The notes beneath the pieces are model-generated. The model worked only from the letters and a program-made list of their open reading frames with translations, did not search any database and was not told the origin of the DNA. From a virus, in IMG/VR virus record IMGVR_UViG_3300020578_000037, positions 1 through 64,000 of that record: DNA of 64,000 nucleotides, one strand, 5' to 3'. The position numbers and the translations under genes are program-made. This document shows, piece after piece, positions 10,536 to 21,307 of this stretch. Positions within the stretch are counted from its first letter, which is position 1. Every line of letters begins with the position of its first letter.

Positions 10536-13500
10536 TTAGTTACTCCATATAATCTTATTTAGCTTAGTATAAACGGGAGCTGAACTATTAATAATATTAA
10601 GTATTCTCTTTTCTAACTCATCTCGTAAAATCATATCAGTTATTCCTGAATTTCTTATAACTAAATTATATAATGTTGATTTTGATGATGGAGGGCTGAG
10701 CTTAAAATACCTTTCAATTTCTTCCAAGTAGTTTCTTCTACCGCAAGCAACATCAAACCTTAAATCTTCAATATTCATATTTTGTCTTGCATGATGCATT
10801 ATATCAAAGTCAAACAACGCTTTGTTATAGAGATAAATATTTTTTAAAGATAGATTATTAACTAAATAGTTAGTATTTTTTAAATAAGAAAACAGCGGTA
10901 TTGAATAAGCATAGGATGCAGATCCGTATAAGAAGGGTTTATATATAATATTACTAAATTTATATTTCCTGGGGCTAAATGTGTCATAGCCTAAATTACC
11001 ATTAAGTCCGTATCCAGCGGGCTGACCATCAACAAACAAATATATCCTACCATTATATGAATCGAATCGAACTGCAAAGCTGTGATATCCAGGATCTAGT
11101 AAAGTTAAATCTAATTTTATTTCCGGTGAAACAATATCATTAGAGTCGATCATATTAACTAATTTTGCTTTTATGTTAATTTGAGAAGTTTCGTATTTTT
11201 CTTTTATAAATGTTCTTAAAAAGCTACTATTAGTAAGATTATTATTAAATAAAACATTAGCTTTTATGCTGTTTGTTTCTATTAATTTACCTGTTTCAAT
11301 ATCAATCTTATAAAAATTAATTGAATCTGTAGCTAAAACTTTTTGTGCTGTGAGCACTGCATACTTTTTATATTCTCCATTAATAAATTCAGCTTGAAAA
11401 TCGACTTTAAAGTTAAAATAGCTCGGATCCGGTAAAGCGCCGGATAAAATAAATTTTCTATCACTAGTATATTTCGCATATTTTGTCGCATCAAACAATA
11501 ACCATACATTACCTTCAAAATCTATAGAAAAATCATCAATAGATGTCTGCGAATAAAATGCAGTTGTTGCTACTGAATTAGTTGTAATATTATCCCATAC
11601 TAATATTCTTCTTGTGTCTGGTTGAAAAAATATTTTATCTTGTATTCTTTCTGCTTTGTTTCCTGGTGTTAAATAAAGCTTTCCATTATAATAGTTAATT
11701 GTTTTATTTACACCTCTAGAAGGAAAAGCTGTTAAAAATCTTGCAGGGTATAGACCGTTGGAACCGGTTTGACCTGTAATGTTAGTAATTTCGTGAGTAT
11801 ATAGGTTTAATAGATATACTAACTTGTCTCCAGTACCACTGTCTACCAATGCAAATGCTTTATCTTCAATATAATCTAAACTTACTAAATTTCCTAACCT
11901 AGAAAAGCTATTTCTTCTCGTTTCATTATAAGAGAGATTATATCTCCTAAAAGTATTATCATCAAAAATTAGATAAAAATCATCTAATCCTTGCCGTCTT
12001 ATTGATGCAACAATATTTGCATTAAATGTTAAATTATTAAGTAAATCTATGCTACTATTTGTAATTTTTAGAGAACTTAATCCTGTAATAAAAAATGTAG
12101 GTGTTATTATATTTTCATTGAAAATACCAAAACCATCTCTATCGTAATTACCTATAAGTTGATATCCCATAGGTTTTGTCCAGTCTTCACTAAATGCATC
12201 AAACAATAAAGTAAACGTGTTTGTATCATTTATAGATGAAAGTGATGATGTAGAAGCATAAACTTTTCCATTAAATGTAAATTCGTTCACATCTTCTAAA
12301 GATGGTGCTGCATTAGCTCCATTAAAGTAAACAAATTTCTCTGGTTTTTGTTCTATTAATCTGTCAGAAAGCGTTTTTATAAAATTATTAACGCCAACAG
12401 GACCGTAATGATAATAGGCATAATATGTACCTTTTTCAAAAATTAAATCGGAAGGTTTATCAAAAACGTCTACATCGCCTAAAATTTCCTTTGCTTTATC
12501 AACTAAGCAATCAAAAAGAGATATATACTTTATAGCTTTAAAATCAGATGCAGTAAGCGCTTTTAAAAACGAGACATTTTTAGGGTTGTAATATCTATCT
12601 ACCCATATTGGCGATGTGTCTATATCTGTGCTACCAGAAAGCCAAGTACACAAAAATTGACCTGAATTTTCTTCTTTACTATCTCCAAAGTATGAAGTGT
12701 ACTTATAATCAGCTTTTTTCTTAAAAATTTTATCAGATTTGATCGGGTGGTCACCTGCAATTGCGCCAGCTTGTATTAGCCCTGAATCCGCTACATTTAA
12801 TTGTTGAAATGGATAAAAATTTTCTGGAATATGAAAATATGTTACTTTATCTTTTTTAAGCAAAATATTAGTTGTATAGCTTTCGTATCCCAGCGTAATA
12901 TTATCATCGCCATAAATTTGATTTGTTCCCGAAAAAATACTTTGATACTCTCTAAACTCAACACTATTTTCATTAAAGAGAGGATTATTGCGTGATTGAA
13001 AATTTTCAGAAGTATTAGTGTTTTTTAATGAGAGTATATTTACGTCAAGCGAATTACCGGTAAGGTTAAAAAATTCACTGTGTAATAGTAAATTAGAGTT
13101 TATATTACTAAAACTTCTATTTTCATTTATATTTTGCGAATTTGTTTTTAAATCTTTTCTATAGCTCACCCACGGATCATAAACATCAGTTGTATTAGGT
13201 ATAGGGTTTCTAGGTCTAAGTCTAAATATAGAACTTACAGAATAAGGAATAGCGGTGCCTGTTAAAGGATCAGTTAGTGTGAGTTTATTTCCACTAACAT
13301 TTACAAATTTTGGAATGTCGTTTATATTTTTTATAATAAGAAAATAATCATAATCTCTATCATAAACATAGTAAAATAATTGAGGGCATAGTGGTCCTAA
13401 AGCATCTAAACCTGCATCTTTAGTAAAAGTTAAATTACCTGTATAGTCAACAGTGAGATATCTAGTTACATTATTATTTTCATGTGTTATTTTACAAAAC

Positions 13501-13919
13501 TGCTCATCTATAAGCTCAACATCAAAAAGATATGAGTTATTTAAACCTGATAAATCACCATCTGCACTTACGTCCGCTATATTAGTAGATATGCCTGGTT
13601 CTGCTACAATCCAGAATCTACTATCAGGTGTAATTGTACCTAAGCTATTTACCGCAAAATAAGTAGAAAATCCCTCATCTTCTAATTTTTTTAAAGGGTT
13701 TATATATACTGCACTAGTTAAAAGATTATTTTTTGTTAGGTATAGATTAGAAAAATTATTAATTTTATTATCATTTAATTCTATAAATGATTCATTTTTA
13801 GGTATAAATAAATCTTGCTCTGAAAAAATTATATTTTCATTAAGTTTTAATGTAGAATCTAATTTATATTTTGCAGACAACCCTTTAAAGTTAGTAGATG
13901 TTAAATTGTTTATCTGCAT
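10536..13919 (-). CDS. Large virion protein with propeller-like and C-terminal LamG/ConA-like segments
   Basis: YHSFAVRFDSYNGRIYLFVDGQ; start moved from 13946 to ATG 13919, which removes the overlap and has TAAATA 7 nt upstream. Confidence 0.55.
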   Translation of the reverse strand: MQINNLTSTNFKGLSAKYKLDSTLKLNENIIFSEQDLFIPKNESFIELNDNKINNFSNLYLTKNNLLTSAVYINPLKKLEDEGFSTYFAVNSLGTITPDSRFWIVAEPGISTNIADVSADGDLSGLNNSYLFDVELIDEQFCKITHENNNVTRYLTVDYTGNLTFTKDAGLDALGPLCPQLFYYVYDRDYDYFLIIKNINDIPKFVNVSGNKLTLTDPLTGTAIPYSVSSIFRLRPRNPIPNTTDVYDPWVSYRKDLKTNSQNINENRSFSNINSNLLLHSEFFNLTGNSLDVNILSLKNTNTSENFQSRNNPLFNENSVEFREYQSIFSGTNQIYGDDNITLGYESYTTNILLKKDKVTYFHIPENFYPFQQLNVADSGLIQAGAIAGDHPIKSDKIFKKKADYKYTSYFGDSKEENSGQFLCTWLSGSTDIDTSPIWVDRYYNPKNVSFLKALTASDFKAIKYISLFDCLVDKAKEILGDVDVFDKPSDLIFEKGTYYAYYHYGPVGVNNFIKTLSDRLIEQKPEKFVYFNGANAAPSLEDVNEFTFNGKVYASTSSLSSINDTNTFTLLFDAFSEDWTKPMGYQLIGNYDRDGFGIFNENIITPTFFITGLSSLKITNSSIDLLNNLTFNANIVASIRRQGLDDFYLIFDDNTFRRYNLSYNETRRNSFSRLGNLVSLDYIEDKAFALVDSGTGDKLVYLLNLYTHEITNITGQTGSNGLYPARFLTAFPSRGVNKTINYYNGKLYLTPGNKAERIQDKIFFQPDTRRILVWDNITTNSVATTAFYSQTSIDDFSIDFEGNVWLLFDATKYAKYTSDRKFILSGALPDPSYFNFKVDFQAEFINGEYKKYAVLTAQKVLATDSINFYKIDIETGKLIETNSIKANVLFNNNLTNSSFLRTFIKEKYETSQINIKAKLVNMIDSNDIVSPEIKLDLTLLDPGYHSFAVRFDSYNGRIYLFVDGQPAGYGLNGNLGYDTFSPRKYKFSNIIYKPFLYGSASYAYSIPLFSYLKNTNYLVNNLSLKNIYLYNKALFDFDIMHHARQNMNIEDLRFDVACGRRNYLEEIERYFKLSPPSSKSTLYNLVIRNSGITDMILRDELEKRILNIINSSAPVYTKLNKIIWSN

Positions 13920-13935
13920 AAAATAATATTTATTA

Positions 13936-16407
13936 CTATGTAGCAATAGTGTGTCTATATCCGGCGTGTACTCTTGATACCGTTCTTACAACAGGATCTA
14001 CTGTCCATAATGTAATAGTACTCGTAGTCCCATTAAACAATTGACCTCTATCATTTATACCTGTTCTACTAAATCTTAATGAAGTATTAAGAGCTACAGA
14101 AAATTGAGCACCCGCGGCAATATCTATATAACTCCCGGTAATAGCTGTCCAAACACTTCTTGTTGTTGTATCATTTAATCCTAATTGATATACATTATTT
14201 CTACCTGTGACATAAACATCTGTACCGGATAATGCTAACGCGTGGTCTGTACCTGGTGCTATCTTATCAAATCTTGGATTATTAATTAGTAGTATAGAGT
14301 TTACTGGTGTTAAGTAAGATCTATTAATATTATTATTTAGACCTAACTGACCTTGTTGATTATAGCCAGCTACATAAAGCTTATAAGGTGCGCTTGATCC
14401 TGAAAGCGCATATAATCCACTATATTTGCTACAATATATACTATTAAATCTCGGATTATTCAAAATAGTTATACCATCATCTGCTATGTAATTAGTTACA
14501 AGTGTAAATGTATTGGTAGCTGTATTATTTCCGTAGGATAATTGACCGTAGGTATTATCTCCTGTAGTATATAATGAGCCGTCGGAAGCAAGTGCTGCAG
14601 CAAATTCATAGCCAATAGATATATCAGACCAGCTACCAGGTATTTGAGTCCAGGTAGAAGCAGATAATGAAGTGCCTAATCCAATTTGTCCGGTAGAATT
14701 ATCTCCTGTAGCATATAAATCTGTACCTGATAGTGCAAGTGAGCTATAAAAACCAGCGGCTACCTTAGTCCAGAATCCGGATATTCTTGTCCAAGTAGGG
14801 TAATATATGAGCTGTGATAATCCAAGCTGCCCATTTTCATTATATCCTGCACCAAATAAAGCTGTTCCGTCACTAGTTGCGCTTAATGTAAGCGAATGTC
14901 TCAATCCTAAAGATGCGTTTGTAAATGTACCTATGTTACTATTTATAGTTGTATAGAAATCATTTATTGTATTAAGGCCTAATTGACCGTATGTATTATC
15001 TCCTGCTACTAATGCTGTACCAGGACCAACGGGTGAAGGACGCGATAGTGTTGGTGTAGGTGTAATTGTCCTTGTGGGTGTGGGTGTAGAGGTATTAGTT
15101 GGTGTGTTAGTAGGTGTATTTGTAGGAGTACTAGTAGGTGTGCGTGTGTTAGTTGGTGTTACTTCAGGTGTGGGTGTAGGATCTGGTAATCCAGATTCTG
15201 TAGGTGTTACTGTAGGTGTAGGTGTATATGTTGGTGTTTCTGTGCGAGTCGGGGTGTATGTTACTGTTGGTGTGTTTGAAATTGCTGGTGTAACCGGTAA
15301 TGTATAGGAAGGTGTATTTGATGGTGTTTTTGTAGGTGTAAACGTAGGTGTTACTGAGCGCGTAGGTGTAGATGTAGGTTGATTTGTTCTTGTAGGTGTA
15401 TGCGAAGGTGTGTTAGTTGGTGTAATAGAATATGTAGGTGTAAAGGTAAATGAAGGTGTGGGTGTTGGTGTCACAGCAGCTGTCTCTGTTATAGTGGGTG
15501 TAACTGCTGGTGTACGCGTGGGTGTTCTAGTAATAGTAGGTGTAGGAGTATTAGTAATATCTTGTGTAACTGTAGGTGTGACTGTTCTTGTAGGTGTGCG
15601 TGTAGGTGTTGGTGTTGGTGTACGCGTACGTGTAACTGTAGGTGTCGGTGTAGTAGTAGCTGTACGCGTAGGTGTTGGTGTATAATTTCTATTAGAGCGT
15701 CTATTTAATTCTTCATCTGGGGCTGTACTAAGTAGTAGAAAATTGCTTACAAAATTTGTATTATCATCGTTAAGTTCTATTAGTTCTACGCTTTTTTGAA
15801 TAGTATCTATACTAGAGGAAATTTGTGAAGAATTAACTAGATGAGGTGAGTCGAAGCGAAAAACCGTATCGGGTAGTATAGTTAGTTGTAAATTAAAGAC
15901 GTTTAGCGCTAAGTTACCATTTACGACAGATATAGTTGGATAGTATGTTATAGCACTTAGCGAGTTAGGAATATACACGTGTTCTATATTTTTTTCTTTC
16001 GGTGACCCTGGATCAAAAACAGGTTTGCTAGGGATATAATTTAAAACAGTATTTTTTTCTACATTTATAATATCACTACCATCATTAAAATCATATATTA
16101 TCTTTAGCGTCGCATAATATGTTTCATCAATACTTGATGGTGATATAACTAATGTAGTTTCTCCTTTATATAGTCCAAGATCAGCACTAAGAGTGGTATT
16201 AAAAATGGGGTATCCCCAGGGAAAGAAATCTCCGCCATCTGTGAGTGCTGTGTAAGCAGGTTCTAATGTGGTAAACTGCAAGCCATTCGCTGTGTTTGGC
16301 CAAGTAAAATTAGTACCGAAAGCGGGATCTAAAAATAGATAGTGATTTAAAACAGATGGTTTTTCGCTTATTTGAGTACTTGAAAGTACATAGCTAACTA
16401 AATTCAC
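13936..16407 (-). CDS. Virion protein: N-terminal domain, Thr/Pro stalk, C-terminal RCC1/BLIP-II-like beta-propeller
   Basis: 823 aa; repeated GDNTYGQLG / GYNENGQLG / GRNNVYQLG motifs after ~210 aa TP linker. Confidence 0.8.
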   Translation of the reverse strand: MNLVSYVLSSTQISEKPSVLNHYLFLDPAFGTNFTWPNTANGLQFTTLEPAYTALTDGGDFFPWGYPIFNTTLSADLGLYKGETTLVISPSSIDETYYATLKIIYDFNDGSDIINVEKNTVLNYIPSKPVFDPGSPKEKNIEHVYIPNSLSAITYYPTISVVNGNLALNVFNLQLTILPDTVFRFDSPHLVNSSQISSSIDTIQKSVELIELNDDNTNFVSNFLLLSTAPDEELNRRSNRNYTPTPTRTATTTPTPTVTRTRTPTPTPTRTPTRTVTPTVTQDITNTPTPTITRTPTRTPAVTPTITETAAVTPTPTPSFTFTPTYSITPTNTPSHTPTRTNQPTSTPTRSVTPTFTPTKTPSNTPSYTLPVTPAISNTPTVTYTPTRTETPTYTPTPTVTPTESGLPDPTPTPEVTPTNTRTPTSTPTNTPTNTPTNTSTPTPTRTITPTPTLSRPSPVGPGTALVAGDNTYGQLGLNTINDFYTTINSNIGTFTNASLGLRHSLTLSATSDGTALFGAGYNENGQLGLSQLIYYPTWTRISGFWTKVAAGFYSSLALSGTDLYATGDNSTGQIGLGTSLSASTWTQIPGSWSDISIGYEFAAALASDGSLYTTGDNTYGQLSYGNNTATNTFTLVTNYIADDGITILNNPRFNSIYCSKYSGLYALSGSSAPYKLYVAGYNQQGQLGLNNNINRSYLTPVNSILLINNPRFDKIAPGTDHALALSGTDVYVTGRNNVYQLGLNDTTTRSVWTAITGSYIDIAAGAQFSVALNTSLRFSRTGINDRGQLFNGTTSTITLWTVDPVVRTVSRVHAGYRHTIAT

Positions 16408-16440
16408 ATTATTATTTACTGCTAAAGTACAATAATTAAA

Positions 16441-18846
16441 TCAATTTTCTCTTCTTTCTGAAGCTTTATAATATTCGAATCGATTGTGTTCCGTAGGAGA
16501 AGCAAGTAAAACACCGCCATTAATATTACCTTTTAAGTTTTCTTGGAAAATATATGACATCCAAGTTTGTTCAAAAGGATGAGCCCATTTTGTGGTTAAA
16601 AACATCTTTTTATTGCCTTCTTTTGTAACTACTTGAGGCCAATTACAATAGTAAATTTCACCGGTTGCAAATGGAATGCCTTTGTAAGATATAATATTAT
16701 TAAATTTTGTTTTAGGCGCATTAGGATCGGTTCCTGTCACTGGTAGTTGTGATTTATGCGGCCAGACTTTCTCTCTAACAGCTTGAGGTACATTATACCA
16801 GGTCCATTGTACGGTATTATCACCGAAAAATTCAGTAAAGCTTAGTTTAAGAAAGTCTAATCCGTAATTTTTAGTAATTTCTAATGCGTTAATGTACAAA
16901 TTAGGTATTATTCTATTGAACCCGTTCTTGCAAGGTCTTTTTACCCCGCAATAAAAAAACATATCATCTTCAAAAAATAAATGAAAATCGAAATTATTAG
17001 AGTCAGCATGCTCAGCAATAAATTGTCTACCGCCGCATATTCCAATATTGTCCTTTTTAATGTGTGTGAATTTATATTTTTTGCAAAGCTCTAAATATTC
17101 ATTAAGGGTGTCTTTGTTAGTGGAATTGTCAAGCAAAAACTTTTGTGGTTTTTCTAGAAAATCGCAATCATATTCAGCCATAGATTTAATAAGAGTTGCA
17201 AACTGCTTAGGTGAATTATATGTTAGGACATATAGTGCTGTATTATCTGTGTTAAGGGTTACATTAATGTTGGTCTCTTTGCATTTACTTTTAGCTACAA
17301 CTCTATCATTTTTTAGATCTTCAAAAAACTTATTAATTAATCCATTATCTTCTATTTCAAAATAATTTACTAAATCGCCATGCAGATAAACTAATATAGA
17401 GAAAATAGACTCTTCAGTTCCCATTAACCCCTGTTCTAAAGTACTTTTAAGTATGTTGTAATAAAGTGAATTTATATTAGAAATAGTGCTAACTGGACCA
17501 CCAAAGAATCCGCCTCTACCAACTAACTTTACTTTATCCTTAGCTATTTTGCATATATCATCAAACTTAAACCCATGTATTTCGTTTACAGCTTCGTAAG
17601 GAAAACATACAAAAGAAAATTTGTTAAAAAAACGTTTTAAATTGTTAATAGTATGTATCTCTGTAAAATATCCCCAGTGTACTGTATTAGTAAGACCTGC
17701 ATCAACCCAAAACATGTAGTTATTTTTAAATTTACTAAGTAATCGAGCATCATTAAGTAAGAACATCTTGCTAGTGACTAATGGATTATACATTTCTAAT
17801 CGAGCTTGAGTTGATTCTCTAAGCCAGCCTGCTTGATTTAACCATTCATCATTTTTTCTAATTTCTTGTATTTTATTAAAAAATTCAGTATTTGTAAAGA
17901 AGCTTAAATCTCTCTTAATAAATTGTGTATTAGAGATACTTCTCCTCTCTAATACAAATTGCTCTAATTCTTCATCACCAAAAATAACTAAATTATATGG
18001 TGTTTTTAATAGTTCAGAAAATTTTTCTAGATAATGATCATAATTTCTGCTCCATCCTTCTTTAAGATTATTGCGGCCAATATTCCATAACCCAGTGACC
18101 AGTGTAATATCTTCAAACATTTTTTCTGGTTCTTTTACTGCGATGGATAAAGGTGCTTCAACATTTCCATTTACTTCATCCCAAAATTCTTTTTTAACAG
18201 CATCTAAATTTTGACCTATAATATTATAAACATATCCATTCTTTTCTAAAAGTTTAACGGCGTCTTTTTGCTCTTTTTGAGTTAAATTAATATATTCAAT
18301 ACGAACTACTTTGGGGCTATGTTTTTTAAAGTTTAGTTGCTTTAGAATAACATAATCATGTCCTTCTGTATCTATTGATATAATATCAAATTGCTTAATG
18401 CTATGCTTTTCGAAGAGTGTAGGTAGTGTTATTGAATCGACTTCAACAAACTCACCGTATTTTTCAACAGTCTGCTTATCTCCTTCAGATGCCAACCCAT
18501 TACGAGGTGGATAAATAGCGCTCATTCCACCGAAGCATTCGTGTACCAGACCTTTATTAATAGCTTCATTATTAATTCTAAGCATCTTAACAGTTCCATT
18601 CTTATCAGATACTGCGCTATTTTCAAATAAACACCCGGATGTACCAGAATAAACGTTAACTAATTTATTAAATTGCTCTTTAATGGGCTCAACAAATAAC
18701 CCTTTCCAATTATAAACAGCTATATAACCTCTTGTTTCATCAAATGAAATACCATCCATTGCGCCAATAATGACAACAAAAGCATCTTTTTTGTTACGCC
18801 CAATATAATGAAGCGCTTTATCGTATATATTATCATTAACTTTCAT
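16441..18846 (-). CDS. Three-domain fusion: FkbM-type methyltransferase + HtrL/WlaTC-like glycosyltransferase + GT-A-like domain
   Basis: IIGAMDG..GLFVEP..ENSAVSD..IDTEGHD; ITLVTGLWNIGR..SKMFLLNDA..FWVDAG; LYVLTYN..NIGICGGR..FFEDD. Confidence 0.75.
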   Translation of the reverse strand: MKVNDNIYDKALHYIGRNKKDAFVVIIGAMDGISFDETRGYIAVYNWKGLFVEPIKEQFNKLVNVYSGTSGCLFENSAVSDKNGTVKMLRINNEAINKGLVHECFGGMSAIYPPRNGLASEGDKQTVEKYGEFVEVDSITLPTLFEKHSIKQFDIISIDTEGHDYVILKQLNFKKHSPKVVRIEYINLTQKEQKDAVKLLEKNGYVYNIIGQNLDAVKKEFWDEVNGNVEAPLSIAVKEPEKMFEDITLVTGLWNIGRNNLKEGWSRNYDHYLEKFSELLKTPYNLVIFGDEELEQFVLERRSISNTQFIKRDLSFFTNTEFFNKIQEIRKNDEWLNQAGWLRESTQARLEMYNPLVTSKMFLLNDARLLSKFKNNYMFWVDAGLTNTVHWGYFTEIHTINNLKRFFNKFSFVCFPYEAVNEIHGFKFDDICKIAKDKVKLVGRGGFFGGPVSTISNINSLYYNILKSTLEQGLMGTEESIFSILVYLHGDLVNYFEIEDNGLINKFFEDLKNDRVVAKSKCKETNINVTLNTDNTALYVLTYNSPKQFATLIKSMAEYDCDFLEKPQKFLLDNSTNKDTLNEYLELCKKYKFTHIKKDNIGICGGRQFIAEHADSNNFDFHLFFEDDMFFYCGVKRPCKNGFNRIIPNLYINALEITKNYGLDFLKLSFTEFFGDNTVQWTWYNVPQAVREKVWPHKSQLPVTGTDPNAPKTKFNNIISYKGIPFATGEIYYCNWPQVVTKEGNKKMFLTTKWAHPFEQTWMSYIFQENLKGNINGGVLLASPTEHNRFEYYKASERREN

Positions 18847-18848
18847 TT

Positions 18849-20423
18849 TTATTGTTTATGTATTATATATTTCTGAGTAAACACATAATCTAGTCCTGAA
18901 TTGTTTAACATATAAAGCGCGTCTTTATAGGAGTTGATAAGTGGTTTACCATTAACATTAAAAGAGGTATTTAATAAAACACCAAAATTTGTAAGATTAT
19001 TAAATTCTGTTAATAGTTCGTAGAGATAAGGATTTTGATCATACGTTACTGTTTGAAGTCTAGCAGTACCGTCAATATGAGTAATAGCCGCTAATTGTTC
19101 TTTCCATTCTTCTTTGACTTTGGCATAAAAACTCATAAAGCGGCTCTCTTCTTTAAAATAAAAATATTTTTCTACATCCTCTAAGCGTACAACAGGAGCA
19201 AATGGTCTAAACCACTCACGCTTCTTAACCTTACTATTAAGAATATCCTTCATATTTGGTACCGAGGGATTACAAATAATACTTCTATTACCCAAAGCCC
19301 TAGGTCCATGTTCTGAATCGCCTCTTATTACACCAATTATACTACCGTTACGTAATAATTGAGCTCCGACTTGAGGAGTATATTCGTTTGTCCATTTATT
19401 TTCAACTAATTCATATAACGCATTGGGGTCACAAATAGGTAATCCTCCATAAGTCACATCTACTTGACTAAAGGGTCTCTCATGATCTAAAAGCATACCT
19501 AACGCTAATCCACAATCATTAGAATTTGGTGCAACGAATACATCTCTATTAAATTTTTCTTTTAATTTAGTATTACAAACAACATTTAGCGCACACCCGC
19601 CAGTTACACATAAAGGATAATCCAGATACTGATTAACAAAAGGAGTGACTGTTTCAAAAAATATTTCTTCAAAAACATGTTGTGAAGTAGCGGCTATATC
19701 TAAACCAATTTTATCACCAATCCTATTATTAACATCAAAGATAACTCCTATTTTAATACCTAGTTCTGCTAAAAGCTCGTTATAATTTAATCCGCTAGGT
19801 TTTTTCAAATAAAACTCCTTAAAGTGTGGTACCCAGTCGTTTCTAACCTCACCATATCCGCAGAGACCCATTAGTTTACCAGAATAAACGAGATTGCCTA
19901 TATTGAGATCTGATTCAAAGCTTATTTCTTTAAGAAAATGACCAAAAATCATATATGCAAACCCAAGATCTAAGTTAAACCTCTGTACTTCTGTTACACT
20001 TTCAGCTCTAGTAGCAGTATATATATTAAAAAACCCATCACTGCCACCGCCATCAAAGCTAAAAATTAATGCTTTCTGAAAAGGTGATTGATAGAATGTA
20101 CCTGCTGCATGTGCTCTGTGATGCAAACAGAATTTATGCTCTTTGGCTGTAATAAATTTTTCAAAATTATATTTTTCAGTACCATAAATTACATCTGTAT
20201 TAGAATATATACAAGTATCAAAGTAAGGATATATATTAAACTCTTTATTGAGATATTTTAGCATTTCATCTAAAATAAATCTTGAATTATGGCATAATCT
20301 ATATTGAACCAATCCGAGATTTTTCTTACTAGCGAATCTCTCAATCTCAATAACTCTATATCGATTATTATGCTTAAAAGCTATTCCACCGTTATGTGAC
20401 CCGTAAAAAGCTATATTATTCAT
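18849..20423 (-). CDS. O-carbamoyltransferase (NodU/CmcH/TobZ family)
   Basis: HHRAHA, DGGG, GKLMGL, GGCALN, EHGPRALGNRSI, KKREWFRPFAP, HIDGTARLQTV, LLNTSFN. Confidence 0.93.
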   Translation of the reverse strand: MNNIAFYGSHNGGIAFKHNNRYRVIEIERFASKKNLGLVQYRLCHNSRFILDEMLKYLNKEFNIYPYFDTCIYSNTDVIYGTEKYNFEKFITAKEHKFCLHHRAHAAGTFYQSPFQKALIFSFDGGGSDGFFNIYTATRAESVTEVQRFNLDLGFAYMIFGHFLKEISFESDLNIGNLVYSGKLMGLCGYGEVRNDWVPHFKEFYLKKPSGLNYNELLAELGIKIGVIFDVNNRIGDKIGLDIAATSQHVFEEIFFETVTPFVNQYLDYPLCVTGGCALNVVCNTKLKEKFNRDVFVAPNSNDCGLALGMLLDHERPFSQVDVTYGGLPICDPNALYELVENKWTNEYTPQVGAQLLRNGSIIGVIRGDSEHGPRALGNRSIICNPSVPNMKDILNSKVKKREWFRPFAPVVRLEDVEKYFYFKEESRFMSFYAKVKEEWKEQLAAITHIDGTARLQTVTYDQNPYLYELLTEFNNLTNFGVLLNTSFNVNGKPLINSYKDALYMLNNSGLDYVFTQKYIIHKQ

Positions 20424-21295
20424 AAAAATATTTCAAAAAAAGGTTTAGGTGTATGGCCTTGAAGGTAGGGCATAAAATTATCAAAAATAGGATTTTTAGG
20501 ATCAGGGTAATACCACGTATTAAACGTTCTATAATCAAACCTATTTAAATTATCATGAAGTATAGATGTATATATTTGTTCTTCTGTGGGCAGTAATCCT
20601 ATTTCTAATGCTTTATTAAGCCTTTTATTAAACTCATCATAAAACCATCTAATATTAGAAGGTGAACCACCGAACAATCCACCAATAAAATGAAGTGGTA
20701 GCTGTCTAGGTGCTTCAAATAATTCAGCTATATACCTATTTTGTATTAATGTATGCTGTTCCAGGCAAATTGCGAATAATTTCTCGAGATTAGGTTTTAA
20801 AGTTCTCTCAACAAGCGAGCTATTAAATAAATCATAATTATACCACTGGTCATACTGTGGATCTCCTGTGTTATTTCTTCTAAATCTTTGAGGAAATAAA
20901 CCATGATGCGAAAGCCCTGCATCAATCCAATAAAAATATTCACTATTGAAAGGGTTGCTAGTGACCACTTCATTGAGCCAATCGGTCTTCGAATACATAA
21001 TTTCGTAGCATCTCATTGGCTCGAGTAAATTACTCGATTTAATTGGTTTCAATCTATCATATAGTTTGGTAGATTTAAGATCCAGTGGTAATATTTTAAT
21101 ATTCTTATTGTGAGATGGCTCTAAAAACCTAGTAACTTTTGGTATGTGTTCTTCTGACGTATAAAGACATAAATTTACATCTGTATTCAATATATTACGC
21201 AATGAATATAAGTAATGTAGTTCTCTAGACGTACGTCCGTTAAACTCTGTCTCGTATAAATCATAATATACGCATGAGATAAAGGTTACGCTCAT
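20420..21295 (-). CDS. HtrL/WlaTC(YibB)-like putative glycosyltransferase
   Basis: IMYSKTDWL..NPFNSEYFYWIDAG..FIGGLFGG..TEEQI; paralogous to the middle domain of 16441-18846. Confidence 0.7.
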   Translation of the reverse strand: MSVTFISCVYYDLYETEFNGRTSRELHYLYSLRNILNTDVNLCLYTSEEHIPKVTRFLEPSHNKNIKILPLDLKSTKLYDRLKPIKSSNLLEPMRCYEIMYSKTDWLNEVVTSNPFNSEYFYWIDAGLSHHGLFPQRFRRNNTGDPQYDQWYNYDLFNSSLVERTLKPNLEKLFAICLEQHTLIQNRYIAELFEAPRQLPLHFIGGLFGGSPSNIRWFYDEFNKRLNKALEIGLLPTEEQIYTSILHDNLNRFDYRTFNTWYYPDPKNPIFDNFMPYLQGHTPKPFFEIFL

Positions 21296-21307
21296 TATAT
21301 TATGAGT

